A stretch of DNA of 64,000 nt from Squalus acanthias (taxonomy: Eukaryota). The stretch spans positions 107,200,001 to 107,264,000 of the forward strand of contig CM059432.1 of assembly GCA_030390025.1 (NCBI GenBank), given 5' to 3'. The notes under the pieces were generated by a model. That model was not told the origin of the DNA. It saw nothing but the letters and a program-made list of their open reading frames with translations, and did not search any database. Position 1 is the stretch's first letter; the number at the start of each line of letters is the position of its first letter. The position numbers and the translations under genes were made by a program. Positions 25,794 to 38,797 of this stretch are shown one piece after another.

Positions 25794-27333
25794 CCTTTGA
25801 CTCCACTCACTTCCTCCAAATTAAAGGTGTTGCTATGGGAACCCGCATGGGCCCTAGCTATGCCTGCCTTTTCGTGGGATATGTGGAACATTCTTTGTTC
25901 CAGTCCTAATCAGGTCCCCTCCCTCACCTCCTTTTCCGGTACATTGATGACTGTATTGGTGCTGTTTCCTGCTCTCGCCCTGAACTAGAAAATTTCATTC
26001 ACTTTGCTTCCAATTTCCACCCTATTGACAAACATTCACTATAAACCCACTGACTCCCACAGCTACCTGGACTACACTTCCTCCCACCCCACTTCCTGTA
26101 AGGACTCTATTCCATTCTCCCAGTTTCTCCGTCTCCGCCGCATCTGCTCTGACGATGCTACCTTCCATACCAGTGCTTCCGACATGTCTTCCTTTTTCCT
26201 CAACCGAGGATTCCCCTCTACAGTGGTTGACACGGCCCTTGACCGTGTCCGTTCTCTTTCCCGCACTTCTGCTCTCACCCCTTCCCCTCCCTCCCGGAAC
26301 CACGATAGGGTTCCCCTTGTCCTCACCTTTCACCCCACCAGCCTCCACATTCAACGGATCATCATCCGCCATTTCCGCCACCTCCAGCGTGATCCCACCA
26401 CCAAACACATCTTCCACTCACCTCCCCTTCAGCATTCCGAAGGGACCGCTCCCTCCGCGACACCCTAGTCCACTCCTCTATCACCCCCAGCACCCCTTCC
26501 CCTTCGCCCGGCACCTTCCCGTGCAAGTGCAGGAGATGCAACACATGCCCTTTTACCTCCTCCCTTCCCACTGTCCAGGGCCCCAAACACTCCTTGCAGG
26601 TGAAACTTGTACTTCTTGCAATTTAGTATACTGTATTCGCTGCTCACGGTGCGGTCTCCTCTACACTGGGGAGACCAAACTCAGATTGGGTGACCGCTTT
26701 GCGGAACACCTCCGTTCAGTCCGTAAGGGTGACCCCGAGCTTCCGGTCGCCTGTCACTTTAATTCTCCGCTCCACTCCACTCCGACCTCACCGTCCTCGG
26801 CCTCTTACACTGTTCCAATGAAGCTCAACGTAAGCTCGAGGAACAGCACCTCATTTTTCGATTAGGCACTTTACAACCTTCTGGCCTCAACATCGAGTTC
26901 AACAATTTCAGACTATAACCTCGGCCCCTATCTTTTTTTCCATTTTTTTTCTCTCTCTCATGGCAGCTGTCTTTCATTCTGCCATCACCATTTACACTTC
27001 ATCTAGAGCCATCTTTTGTTTCTTAACTTGTCCCATTACCATCTCCTTTTGCCTTGCACCATCATCCCTTTTGTCTTTTAATCTCTCCTGCCTTCCATCC
27101 TATCACAGACCTTCCCTTTTGTTCTTTCCTCCCCTCCCCCCTCTCCCTGCCCCTACACTTGCTTAAAAACCTGTTCCATCTCCAGCTTTTTCCAGTTCTG
27201 ACGAAGGGTCATCGACCAGAAACGTTAACTCTGTTTCTCTCTCCACAGATGCTGCCTGACCTGCTGAGTATTTCCAGCATTTTCTGTTTTTATTTCAAAT
27301 TTCCAGCATCCGCAGTATTTTGCTTTTGTATTA
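25794..27333 (+). mobile_element. 5'-truncated Penelope-like element (RT C-terminus, GIY-YIG endonuclease, terminal repeat)
   Basis: QIKGVAMGTRMGPSYA, FRYIDD, YKPTDSHSYL, NLVYCIRCSRCGLLYTGETK..RFAEH; 13-bp TSD ctgattttagtct at 25781-25793 and 27334-27346. Confidence 0.93.
27194..27230 (+). ncRNA. Minimal type I hammerhead ribozyme in the Penelope terminal repeat
   Basis: AGTT-CTGACGA-AG-GGTC-ATC-GACC-A-GAAAC-GTT-AACT: conserved CUGAnGA and GAAA cores, helix I AGTT/AACT, helix II GGTC/GACC, palindromic AACGTT for a dimeric helix III. Confidence 0.75.
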
Positions 27334-28062
27334 CTGATTTTAGTCTATCTCCTTACAGTCCAGATTTAACAAATGTAACTCCTTATGGTGGAACTTCCAA
27401 ACGTAACTCCATGCTGAATCCCTCTTACCATATCTGAGTGATTCTTCAGGATACCTTCTCACATTTTACCCACAGTAGATGTTACACTCACTGGCCTGAT
27501 TTTTCCTGGCTCATCTCATTTTCCATTTTAAGCATTGACAGAACATTAGCTACTTTCCAGTAGTCGGGCCCTTTTCCTGTTTAAAATGGTTTGCTAAAGA
27601 TGGCATTTTAACACAGGCTTTAACCCATTTAAAATAAATATGTAGAAACAACACACATAGGAACATAGCTCCAGCACATTAAGCAATTTTACATGATTAC
27701 CAATTGGAAGGTTGACCCCCACCCCGCTTATTTCTGAATTTTGTTTTATCCTTGTTCAGTTTCATACCTTTATATTGATATCTCAATCATGGCTTCTCGA
27801 TTCATATTGTTCTTTCCATTTGTAGTGTAGAATAAGATGGCTTCAACCAGAAAAATTGACTGCTTTCTGATTTTCAAGTGCTTCTTGAAAGCTCTGAGAT
27901 TTCACATGAGCTGGGGAGACACTGACAGGTGCACACAGCAACGTGTAGAATCCAAGCCCGGTTGAAACAGTAGTCGGCAGAGAGGACTCGTCATCTGATG
28001 CAACATGTCAAAATCCATCCTTTGCATCCACAACAGTGAATAGATTCATTTTTACCAGTTCA

Positions 28063-29749
28063 GAAGGAGGCTTCATGAACATCCCCATCCTCAATGATGG
28101 TGGAGCCCAGCACGTGAGTGCAAAAGACAAGGCTAAAGCGTTTGCAACCAGCTTCAGCCAGAAGTGCCGAGTGGATGATCCATCTCGGCCTCTTCCTGAG
28201 ATCCCCACCATCACAGAAGCCAGTCTTCAGTCAATTCAATTCACTCCACGTGATATCAAGAAACGGCTCAGCGCACTGGATACAGCAAAGGCTATGGGCC
28301 CCAACAACATCCCGGCTTGTGCTCCAGAACTAGCCGTGCCTCTAACCAAGCTGTTCCAGTACAGCTACAACACTAGCAGGTATGTTCTGTCCACAAAAAG
28401 CAGGACAAATCCAATTCAGCCAATTACCACCCCATCAGTCTACTATCAATCATCAGCAAAGTGATGGAAGGTGTCATCAACAGTGCTATCATGCAACACT
28501 TACTCACCAATAACCTGCTCACTGATGCTCAGTTTGGGTTCCGCCAGGACCACTCTGCTCTAGACCTCATTACAGCCTTGGTCCAAACATTGTCAAAAGA
28601 GCTGAATTCCAGAGGTGAGGTGAGAGTGACTGCCCTTGACATCAAGGCAGCATTTGACCGAGTGTGGCATCAAGGAGCCCTAGCAAAATTGAAGTCAATG
28701 GGAATCAGGGGGAAAACTCTCCACTGGCTGGAGTCATACCTAGCACAAAGGAAGATGGTTGTGGTTGTTGGAGGCCGATCATCACAGCCCCAGGACAACG
28801 CTGCAGGAGTTCCTCGGCAGTATCCTCGGCCCAACCATCTTCAGCTGCTTCATCAATGACCCTCCCTCCATCATAAGGTCAGACGTGGGGATGTTCGCTA
28901 ATGATTGCACCGTGTTCAGCGCCATTCACAACTCCTCAGATAATGATGCAGTCCATGCCCGCATGCAGCAAGACCCGGACAACATTCAGACTTGGGCCGA
29001 TAAGTGGCAAGTAACATTCGCGCCACAGAAGTGCCAAGCAATGACTATCTCCAACAAGAGAGCATCTAACAACCGCCCCTTGACATTCAATGGCTTTACC
29101 ATCGCCAAATCCCCCACCATCAACATCCTGGGGGTCACCATTGACCAGAAACTTAACTGGATCAGCCACATAAATACTGTGGCTACAACAGCAGGTCAGA
29201 GGCTGGGTTTTCTGCGGTGAGTGTCTCATTTCCTGACTCCCCAAAGCCTTTCCACCATCTAGATGGAATACTCTCCACTTACCTGGATGAGTGCAGCTCC
29301 AACAACATTCAACAAGCTCGACACCATCCAGGACAAAGCAGTCCGCTTGACTGGTACCCCATCCACTACCTTAAACATCCATTCCCTCCACCACTACAGT
29401 GTGTACCATCTACAAGATGCACTGCAGCAACTCACCAACGCTTCTTTGACAGCACCTCCCAAACCTGCGACCTCTACCATCTAGAAGGACAAGGGCAACA
29501 GGTGCATGGGAGCACCATTACCTGTAAGTTCCCCTCCAAGACACGCACCATCCTGACTTGGAAATATATCGCCTTCCTTCATCGTCGCTGGGAACTCCCT
29601 CCTGAACAGCACTGTGGGAGTACCTTCACCACAGGGACTGCAGCAGTTCAAGAGGGCAGTTCACCACCACCTTCTCAAAGGCAATTAGAGATGGGTAATT
29701 AATGCTGGCTTTGCCAGTGACGCCCACATCCTAGGAACGAATACAAAAA
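28063..29749 (+). mobile_element. Non-LTR retrotransposon family 2 (CR1/L2 group), 5'-truncated
   Basis: QFGFR, ALDIKAAFDRVWH, ILGPTIFSCFIND, MFAND, MEYSPL; tail gccagtgacgcccacatcc. Confidence 0.9.
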
Positions 29750-29943
29750 TCCCCTCTGTAGTGTGAAATGGTGATTATCTTTGAAGGCTCCATTAATTGG
29801 CTTTGGATCAACACAGTGTGTTGCCATTTCCTTTCACTACCATCAAAACAGTACTGATTATGTTCAACAAATGTATGAAAAAGTTTGATGTTAAATAAAA
29901 GTTTGAGTCCTTGTAACTGTCTTTAGGGTATCATTAGACATTT

Positions 29944-30212
29944 GGCCCCGATTTTAACACCAGGTGGATTCCCCGCTCAGACCTGAGTTAAAATTACAGT
30001 TGGGTCTCAATGATTTCATCGGGCTCTAACATGTATCTGTAAAGAAGGACCCTGTTGGCTCCGGGCGCGTGTCCTTGCTGCCTGCTGAGGAGAACAGGTT
30101 AAAATTGCAGATGTTGCGATCATGGTGGCTTTCAGACAGGTAAGTGCCAGGGCAATTTTAACTGCCCACCCGCCAGGTTTCTGCTGAGCGAGAAGGGTTT
30201 AAAATCACCACC
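29944..30212. mobile_element. Harbinger-type MITE
   Basis: Imperfect TIRs ggccccgattttaac / tttaaaatcaccacc. Confidence 0.5.
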
Positions 30213-30214
30213 AA

Positions 30215-30790
30215 GGATGGGAAAGTAGCTAATGTAACACTAATGCTAATAGAGGGCCATTGAGATGATCTGGGGAACTATCAGCCAGCGACTCTAACAT
30301 CTGCTGTGGGTAAAGTATTAGAAGATATGCTGAAAGAGGGGTTATGAATCATTTAAGTATGGTATGGTAAGAGGTTGTTGGCACAGATTAATGGAAAGGA
30401 GGACTTCCTTAACAAATTTCAGCTTTTGATTCTGTGCTACACAAGTGATTAGCCCACAAAGTAGACAGGCATGCTATAGGAGGCAATTTTCTGAGGTGTA
30501 TTGAAAATTAACTAAACCAGAACAAGCAAAGGGTGGTTGTGACTGGAGCTGTGTCGACATAGCAACAGGTCACTAGCGGCGATGCCACTGGGATCAGTGC
30601 TGAGGCCATAGCTGTTTACATTGTACATAAATGGTTTGGAGCTGGAGACAGAAACAAAACAGAGGACACCAAAGTCAAGGGGGAGGGTTTGGGAATATAG
30701 GCAAATGAGTCACAAATGGCATTTATTGTGGAAAAATTGAAGATGATGAGACTAGGGAAGTGAAACAAACAGTGGGAATATGAACAAAAT
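30215..30790 (+). mobile_element. Old CR1 RT fragment
   Basis: Decayed WKVANVTL, GNYQPATLTSAVGK and PLGSVLRP motifs. Confidence 0.6.
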
Positions 30791-31459
30791 TTCCCCAAAA
30801 CTCAATCTCTGTTTTGTTGAACATGAGCAATGAAGTGTTAAGAGTCTTGGATCAATAACAAGTCTATAGAATTCATTCTCACTTGAACACTGACTGTAGC
30901 TGATTATAATAACATTGGCATTTGGTTTGTTGGCATTTTAATCTTCCACAGATCCAACAACTTCAAGCATGAGATGATTACCTTTATCAATCACCAGTAG
31001 ATTAATGTAACCACTTTGTCCTGATTCGTGGGCTTCAGACACGTGGGTCAGAATATTACACTCCAACTCCTAGCAAGTTAGCAGGCTTCTTTCTTTATGA
31101 TGTGATCATTTCCACAGTAGTTACAATTTATTTCTCTCTAGATTTTGCTTTCCTCCAGAGCTACGTAGTTGCTGTTCTGGCTAAGGCATCGAGTCTTGAT
31201 GTAGCTCTCCTGACACTGAACTTCATTTGCCTGGAAGTGCTAATTGGATTATTGCATGAAAAGGTTAGCATGTTGGCTGATTGGAATATGGAATCAGAAA
31301 GTTCGCATATTGCCGACTGATTTTTCTGCCCATTTACTTCAATGGATGTAAAACTAAGCAGGCTGCAAAATTGGCCTGCTAACTTTCTCCTGTGATAATC
31401 CAATTAGAACTCTGTGCCACTGAAGATTGGCATTAGGTGTGCTATAGCATAACATAAAT

Positions 31460-32060
31460 GGCGTGGCTACTAGAGCAGCTCAGAGGCTGTGTATTCTGTG
31501 GCAAGTATCTCACCTCCAGACTCCCACCATCTACAAGGCACAAGTCAGGAGTGTGATGGAATACTCTCCACTTGCCTGGATGAGTGCAGCTCCAACAACA
31601 CTCAAGAAGCCCGAAACCATCTGGGACAAACCAGTCAGCTTGATCGACAGCCCATCCACCACCTTAAACATCCATTCCCTCCACCTCCGGCGCACTGTGT
31701 ACCATCCACAGGATGCACTGCAGCAACTCACCAAAGCTTCTTCGACATCACCTCCCAAACTTGCAAAATCCAGCACCTAGAAGGACAAGGGGAGCAGGTG
31801 TATGGAAGCACCATCACCTCCAAGTTCCCCTCCAAGTCACACGCCATCCCAACTTGGAAATATATCGCCGTTCCTTCATCGTCGCTGGGTCAAAATCCTG
31901 GTACTCCCTCCCTATTAGGACTGTGAGAGCACCTTCACCACATGGACTGCAACCGTTCAAGAAGAAGGCTCTCTCCCACCTTCTGAAGGGCAATTAGGAA
32001 TGGGCAACAAATGCCGGCCTTGTTAGCGACACCCAAATCCCGAGAATGAATTTTTTTTTA
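31460..32060 (+). mobile_element. LINE family 2, 3' fragment
   Basis: IYKAQVRSVMEYSPLAW and the same tail as 28063-29749. Confidence 0.88.
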
Positions 32061-33739
32061 AACGCCGACACGGACTTGTTGGCCCAAGTGGCCTGTTTCC
32101 GTGTTTCATCCTCTATGTATTTCTATGATATAATCTCATAATTGTCACCAAATCTTTCTTAAACTTTTCCAATTGCTTAGTAGCTTACCTGCCATTTCTA
32201 GATTGACTGTGAATGGCACATTTTGAAGGATAAAAGGAAGAAAGACTTTCATTTCTACAGCACCTTTCACAACCTCAGGATGTCCCAAAGCGCTTTACAG
32301 CCAATGAAGTACTAGGCTCACAGCCTGTGGAATGTCTGCATTCCTGATGCCTAACATTGAATTTTATTCCAAGGCTGATAAATGTAATGCAGAGCAAGTT
32401 ACAGTAAAAAAGCACAATGCAGAATCAGTACTGAGCTGATCACATACAGCAGAAGTACAGTAACTGTCAACTTAACCGAAAAGCACATGGACGGTAGGAA
32501 GCTGGCGATCCTGTGATCATCTGTTCCTCGTTCTTATCTTCTCTAACTAAAACATGCTGATGGAATTGATTCCACTTCAGAGCCTATGCAAGGTTTGTTG
32601 ATATGAATCAGTCAACAATAAACAAAATACTTCACAGCTACTTGTGAACTAACTCTGCGGCCATCTTAATTCCACACTGATTTGAAGCAGAGGGAACAGT
32701 TAGACATCTTCTCAATTCAATATCAATACAAGTTTCAATTCAATATTAGTTGGACTCATGAAGCATGTCAGTAGGATCCATAGCCACATTGTACCTCACT
32801 CTGATTGATGATTCACTCTGCATTCCCTCCTCAAACTCACTGTGACAAAAACAATCTATTTTTGTTCAGCTTTGATTTAAGTGTCCGTTCCTTTAAATCC
32901 TGCCACAGTACACAAGTAGTTAAAAAAAAGACTGCATTTCAGATTCCCTATACCCAGTCTATCCCAATACAATGTTGTATAAGTTTTGCTGTGTACAAGC
33001 TGGCAAGAGCAATAATTCAAACTTCAACAATGGTATGTGATTGATTCAGTTTGTATATTATTGACAGTTACTTTATAAATTTGGTCAGATATTCAAAGTC
33101 CCAGTTACTTTTTTATGGAATATAAAAATGGCTGATCAGTTTGAAATTCCTGAAAGAAAGAAGAATCAGTTTGAATTTCCAAGAAAGTTTAGATTAATTA
33201 GGTTCCCACAGTGGTAAAAAAAATTCTAGGTGGAGCACTGTTACTTAGATGTTATTTACAAAGGATTAGTTTAGTTCCTATCTTTTTTATTTTGTCCACT
33301 TGAGGCTTTAGGTAGAAGCAAGTCTACAGTAATTATATAACTGCCATATGTTTTGTGCTTGTTTATCTACGTAAAATAAATTTACAATATTTTAAACTTT
33401 GAGGTCTGAACCGATGCTGTACTGCTTTCAAAGACTAATGGGAGATCTTATGGAGGTATAGGATAAAAAGGAATTACCAGACATAGTTTGCTGTCCACTT
33501 CCTAGATTCTCAGGCAAGGTTGGACGCTCCCAAAAGGAATAGGGAATTGGGATCTAAAATACCAGAGCCAAAATAATCTAGGGCAAGTAGGTTAGAAAAG
33601 ATCTAAAAACATAGCACTCACTGATACTCTCTGAAATGTGTATATCTGGGCTCACACTTGCTTCAAGTGATGCAGCTGATGGAGTGCTGAGGCAAGCTTG
33701 ATGGCCCTGTTATGTTTCTGGATTTTTACCTTCAATTTT

Positions 33740-35250
33740 AAAATTGGTAGAATTTTAAAGGAGCTGCAGGAAGAGAGAGACCGGGGGCTTCACATACATA
33801 AATCTTTGATGGTGGCAGGACAAGTTGAGAAGGCTGTTAAAAAGGTATATGGGATCCTTGGGTTTATAAATAGACGTATAGAGTACAAAAGCAAGGAAAT
33901 TATGCAAAACTTTTATAAATCACTGGTTAGGTCTCAGCTGGAGTATTGTGTCTAATTCTGGGCACCACACTTTAGGAAGGATGTCAAGGCCTTGGAGAGG
34001 GTGCAGAGGAGATTTACCAGAATGGTACCAGGGATGAGGAACTTCAGTTATGTGCAGAGACTAAAGAAGCTGGGATTGTTCTCCTTAGAGCAGAGGTTAA
34101 GTGGAGTTTTAATAGAGGTATTCAAAATTATACATCTGTCTGAGGCTGAACCACACTGTTCGCAACCTTGGTCTCATATTTGACCCTGAAATGAGCTTCT
34201 GACCACATATCCACGGCATTACTAAGACCGTCTATTTCCACCTCCGTAACATCGCCCGTCTCCACCCTTGCCTCAGCTCATCCGTTGCTGAAACACTCTT
34301 CCATGCCTTTGTTACCTCTAGATTTGACTATTCCAACGGACTCCTGGCTAGCCTCCCACGTTCTACCCTACATAAACTTGAGGTCATCCAAAACTCGGCT
34401 GCCCGTGTCCTAACTTACATCAAGTCCCCTTCACCCATCACCCCTGTGCTCGCTGACCTACATTGGCTCCCGGTTAAGCAACGCCTCGATTTCAAAATTC
34501 TCATCCTTGTTTTCAAATCCCTCCATGGCCTCGCCCCTTCCTATCTCTGTAATCTCCTCCAGCCCCACAACCCCTCCGCCCCCCACATCCTGAGATATCT
34601 GCGCTCCTCTAATTCTGCCCTCCTGAGCATCCCTGATTATAATCGCTCAACCATTGGTGGCCGTGCCTTCTGTTGCCAGGGCCCTAAGCTCTGGAATTCC
34701 CTGACTAAACCTCTCCGCCTCGCTACCTCTCTTTCCTCCTTTAAGATACTCCTTAAAACCTACCTCTTTGACCAAGCTTTTAGTCACCTGCCCTAATTTC
34801 TCCTTATGTGGATCGGTGTCAAATTTTTTGTCTTTTAATACTCCTGTGAAGTGGCTTGGGACATTTTACTACGTTAAAGGTGCTATCTAAATACAAGTTG
34901 TTGTTGTATATGAGGTTTTGATAAGAGTAGATAGGGAGAAACTCTGTTTCCATGGGCAGCAAGGTCGGTAACCAGAGGACACAGATTTAAGATAATTGGC
35001 AAAAGAACCAGAAGGAAGGTAAATAGAATTATTTTTATGTAATGAGTTTTTATAATTTGGAATGCACTGCCTGAAAGGGTGGTGGAAGCAGATTCGTTGA
35101 TAACTTTCAAAAGGGAACTAGCTATATACTTGAAAAGGAAAAATTTGCAGGACTATGGGGAAAGAGCAGGGGAATAGGGCTAACTAGATAGCTCTTTCAA
35201 ACAGCCAGCACAGGCACCATGCTTCAAATGTGCTGCATGATATGATTCTA
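33740..35250 (+). mobile_element. CR1 3' fragment interrupted by an L2
   Basis: RSQLEYCV..LIEVFKI ends at about 34131 and resumes as atgaggttttgataagag at about 34909. Confidence 0.85.
34132..34906 (+). mobile_element. L2-clade LINE 3' fragment
   Basis: HAFVTSRFDYSNGLL, LADLHWLPVKQRLDFKIL, GLAPSYL, GGRAF, LKTYLF; tail ending in (gtt)n. Confidence 0.9.
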
Positions 35251-35314
35251 AATATTTTCCTCATGCTCTGCACCAAACATCACTCCCGTAAGGAAGCCCT
35301 CTCTCTCTTAAGAG

Positions 35315-35931
35315 CCAGAGTGTGTCTTCACACACCCATTTCCCAGAGTGTGTCTTCACACACCCATTTCCCAGAGTGTGTCTTCACACACCCATTTCCC
35401 AGAGTGTGTCTTCTCACACCCATTTCCCAGAGTGTGTCTTCTCACACCCATTTCCCAGAGTGTGTCTTCTCACACCCATTTCCCGGAGTGTGTCTTCTCA
35501 CACCCATTTCCCGGAGTGTGTCTTCACACACCCATTTCCCAGAGTGTGTCTTCACACACCCATTTTCCGGAGTGTGTCTTCACACACCTATTTCCCAGAG
35601 TGTGTCTTCACACACCCATTTCCCAGAGTGTGTCTTCTCACACCCATTTCCCAGAGTGTGTCTTCTCACACCCATTTCCCAGAGTGTGTCTTCTCACACC
35701 CATTTCCCAGAGTGTGTCTTCTCACACCCATTTCCCGGAGTGTGTCTTCTCACACCCATTTCCCAGAGTGTGTCTTCTCACACCCATTTTCCAGAGTGTG
35801 TCTTCTCACACCCATTTTCCAGAGTGTGTCTTCACACACCCATTTTCCAGAGTGTGTCTTCACACACCCATTTTCCAGAGTGTGTCTTCACACACCCATT
35901 TTCCAGAGTGTGTCTTCTCACACCCATTTTC
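35315..35931. repeat. 28-bp minisatellite, about 22 copies
   Basis: Unit ccagagtgtgtcttc(a/t)cacacccatt(t)c, period 28 (35315, 35343, 35371...). Confidence 0.97.
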
Positions 35932-36756
35932 TGGGCATTTGCACTGAGCCCACTGATGAAATAGAACCCTGCATTTGGACTTACTGAATATATTACGTGA
36001 CCTCATGTGGTTTCTTTGACTTCAGAAAGTAGTAGAATAAACACACAATCAGATTGTGGGCTATAAACTACATGCAGATTTATTAACAATAATTAAGTAA
36101 ACAGTAGCAAAGGCAAGCAGATTTACAGTAACATACAAAACCTAGCTATTCCACTTTGGAATATGCAAAATAAAAATCACATCTCCTGCAGTAAAATTCA
36201 ATGTAAAACTGTACTCAAAGGAAGATCACTGCCCCAAACTTTATGTGGGGGTCTATTGCTAATCCTCCATGGGACATCCTCTCTTTGCTGTCTCTTGCCT
36301 CTTATGGCTTCAGAGGGACTGATAAATTTGCCTCAGATTCCCCAAGATAGTCTTTCAAAATTCTTTGATGGCTGACCAGAACAAAGGAAATTAAAATGTT
36401 TCTTTCAAATCAAATGGAGCCAGCAATCAAACGTATACTTTAAAGGATACATAGGATGTTTGTATTTGAATTGACTGGCTTGGTTTCTTCTCGGGAACAA
36501 ATTAACTGTATTAGAAGCTTTGGATAAATTGTGAAACTTTCCCTTAGCTAAGAACAATGGTTGCAATAAAATGTGACACAAGCAGCATCTCCACAAACCT
36601 CAGTGTCCCCCAGGCCCTGTATTATCGCTGCGGCCTCATAATTGCGGGTAATGGGTTTAATTTGTTGCTTGCACCCACTAGTCCTCGCACGATGGCGCCT
36701 GATGAAGGCATTATCTTCCGAAAATAAATTTTACAGAGAATTACAGGCCGCACAAA

Positions 36757-37350
36757 AGAAGAAAGATTTGCATTTATATAGCACATTTCATGACCTCAGG
36801 ACATCCCAAAGCGCATCATTGCCAATGAAGTACTTTTGAAGAGTAGTCACTGTTGTAATGTTGGAAATGCTGCAGCTAATTTGCACACAGCAAGGTCCTA
36901 CAAACAGCAATGTGAGCAGATAATCGTTTTCTTAGTGATGTTGGTTGAAGGATAAATATTGGCCTGGACACCAGGGAGAACTGCCCTGCTCTTCTTTGAA
37001 TAGTGCCGTGGGATCTTTTATGTCCACCTGAGAGGGCGGACTGGGCTCGGTTTAACGTCTCATCTGAAAGACAGCACCGATCCTAGGGACTCGAGGGGAA
37101 ATCAAGGAATATGGGGATCGGGTGGGAAAGTGGAGTTGAGGTCGAAGATCAGCCATGATGCTATGGAATGGTGGAGCAGGCTCCAGCGGCTGTATGGCCT
37201 ACTCCTGTTCCTAATTCTTATGTTCTTATGACAGTGCAGAACTCCCTCAGTACTGTACTGGAGTGTCAGCTAGATTATGTGCTCAAGTCTCTGGAGTGGG
37301 AGTTGAACCCAAAACCTTCTGACTCAGAGGCAAGAGTCACTGAGCCATGG
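36757..37350 (-). mobile_element. Deu-domain SINE with a CR1 tail inserted (about 37080-37230)
   Basis: Reverse complement of gatgagacgttaaaccgag..aaaagatcccacggcactattcaaagaagagcaggg; tRNA-like B box gggttcaactcc. Confidence 0.85.
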
Positions 37351-38187
37351 CTAATACTACAGCGTATGTATTACTGGGTCTAATGGATTGAAGTGTAAAA
37401 AATCTTGCTAAATGATGTTAAAAAAGCAAAGTGCCTACTTTTGTGCAGTTAGCTGTGAATAATGATCATTAGAACAATCTCAGCTGGTCATAAACAGGTC
37501 TGCCAGCTCTAGCATTTATTTTGTGCTTCCCCTCCAATAACCGATTGGCTATTTTAGGATTAACAATACTCTTGTGTGAAAGCAAACTTGGCTGCCATTT
37601 GCAACCTCCTTGGATTGGCAATGTAGGATAATTGGCACTCCAAGCCATATGTAGGAGTGTTCCTCATTCCTAACCTTAGCACTTCCTTTCAAAATTAAAA
37701 CACCTACTTCCACAAAAATGAACCAGATTGCGGAGACTACTTTGAGCTCCAGATGAATTGCCTACCTTGTCTTAGTGTTGTCCTTCTGATCAGTAGAGGT
37801 CATTTCTCTTGTTTCCTCATACTGTCAACGATAATCCAGAGAGCCTCATTAGTGAAGCGATCTTTGTATTCGCTACTCCTTCTAGTGCTCCAATTCTACA
37901 GCTGGACAGACTCTGCAGTCGACTGCTTCTTAAATGATTCCAGGGTTTCCACCCCCAGTACACTACCTGGAAGTCCAGTCCATGCCCTCACTCTTTGCAT
38001 TAAGAATTTCCTGATATCAGTCCCAAATCTGCTTTACACGAATTTGAACCTCCGTACTCTTCTCCTACTAACATGGTTGATGGCTAAAATTGTGTTCCAG
38101 ATCTACCTTTTCTGTACTATTTACTATCATATTTGCCTGTCTAAGATCATCTCAGATGCCTCCTTTGAAGGTTGAAAAACAAACAAT

Positions 38188-38367
38188 GGGTAAATTTTCA
38201 TCTTCACTATCTGGGCAATAATCTGGTGGAGCGGATTGCCTGTTATAGAACCTGCCCGATTTTCATTCCATTGCTTTCAGTCGAATGAAAATTAGGCAGG
38301 TTCTATAATGTGTGGTGATTCATTCTACCGATTACAGCCCAGGTAGTGAAGACAAAAATGTACTTCC
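38188..38367. mobile_element. Palindromic MITE inserted in an old minus-strand CR1
   Basis: Arms tcttcactatctgggc/gcccaggtagtgaaga and ttatagaacctgccc/aggcaggttctataa; whole element folds back on itself. Confidence 0.7.
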
Positions 38368-38797
38368 AAGTTTCTCCAGTCTTTCCTGCTGACTCAGACC
38401 CTCACACACTAGTGATCAGTCTCATGACTCTTCTCTACACTGCCTCCTGGGCTTAAATGTCTCCTTTGTGTCTCGGTGATCAAAAACTGGATCTGGTACT
38501 TAGTGTGGTCTAACCAGAGCACTGTACGGTTTGAACATGACCTCCTCTGGCTTGTACTCTATTGTTTTGGCTACATGGAGGTAATTTTGTGAAACTCTGG
38601 TCCCATCCTGGAGCCTCTCTAACTGCAAACATGGGTCCAACAATTAGGGCTACATTATTGGCCTATGCTCACGACTAGAAATGTCTGCGTGGGGGGAGGT
38701 GGGTAGTGGGGGTGCAGCCTTGACCTGCTACACCTCTGTATAGTTCAGAAATCTATTTGTCTTCTTTGGCTGCTACTCTACAATGAATAGACATGTT

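Larger units (their letters stand above)
14775..29860 (-). mobile_element. Fossil Ty3/Gypsy LTR-retrotransposon pol (RT, RNase H, integrase) fragmented by nested insertions
   Basis: Collinear minus-strand pieces: LCVDPKPINGAFK (about 29750-29860); LFTVVDAKDGF*HVASDDESSLPTT (27720-28062); KQGIQRILGMTN (25680-25793); VQCGSSERGLAVCLMQ (19075-19260); ILFGLKEFERCIFGK (18370-18418); IVEDNYKPLEAI..LQKYKLNAVYKKGK (17263-17417); RAREVIY*SPMYKDI..WKKVVHDLFE..HNIPSEII..NPFLALL (16042-16868); RRNQRRL (14775-15120). Confidence 0.85.

Noticed and set aside
32189..32206. Possible 18-nt minus-strand micro-exon with ATG
   Set aside because: The pyrimidine tract comes largely from an adjacent SINE tail, and no gene context supports it.
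32838..32853. RSS-like cactgtg next to acaaaaaca
   Set aside because: Wrong orientation and no 12/23 spacer; no Ig or TCR segments are present.
30790..32860. Possible gag, protease or primer-binding site of the fossil Gypsy
   Set aside because: No diagnostic motif could be read with confidence.
35230..35987. Long Cys/His-rich ORFs (possible zinc fingers)
   Set aside because: Produced by a stop-free 28-bp tandem repeat open in all three + frames; no C2H2 spacing. The ORFs at 42642-42985 and 15577-15993 are similar repeat artefacts.
36697..36730. Second hammerhead-like ctgatga..gaaa motif
   Set aside because: No helix I or III pairing and no cleavage triplet.
37780..37880. Possible ancient Harbinger Myb remnant (RFTNEALWIIVDSMRK on -)
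   Set aside because: The similarity is too short to support without an alignment search.
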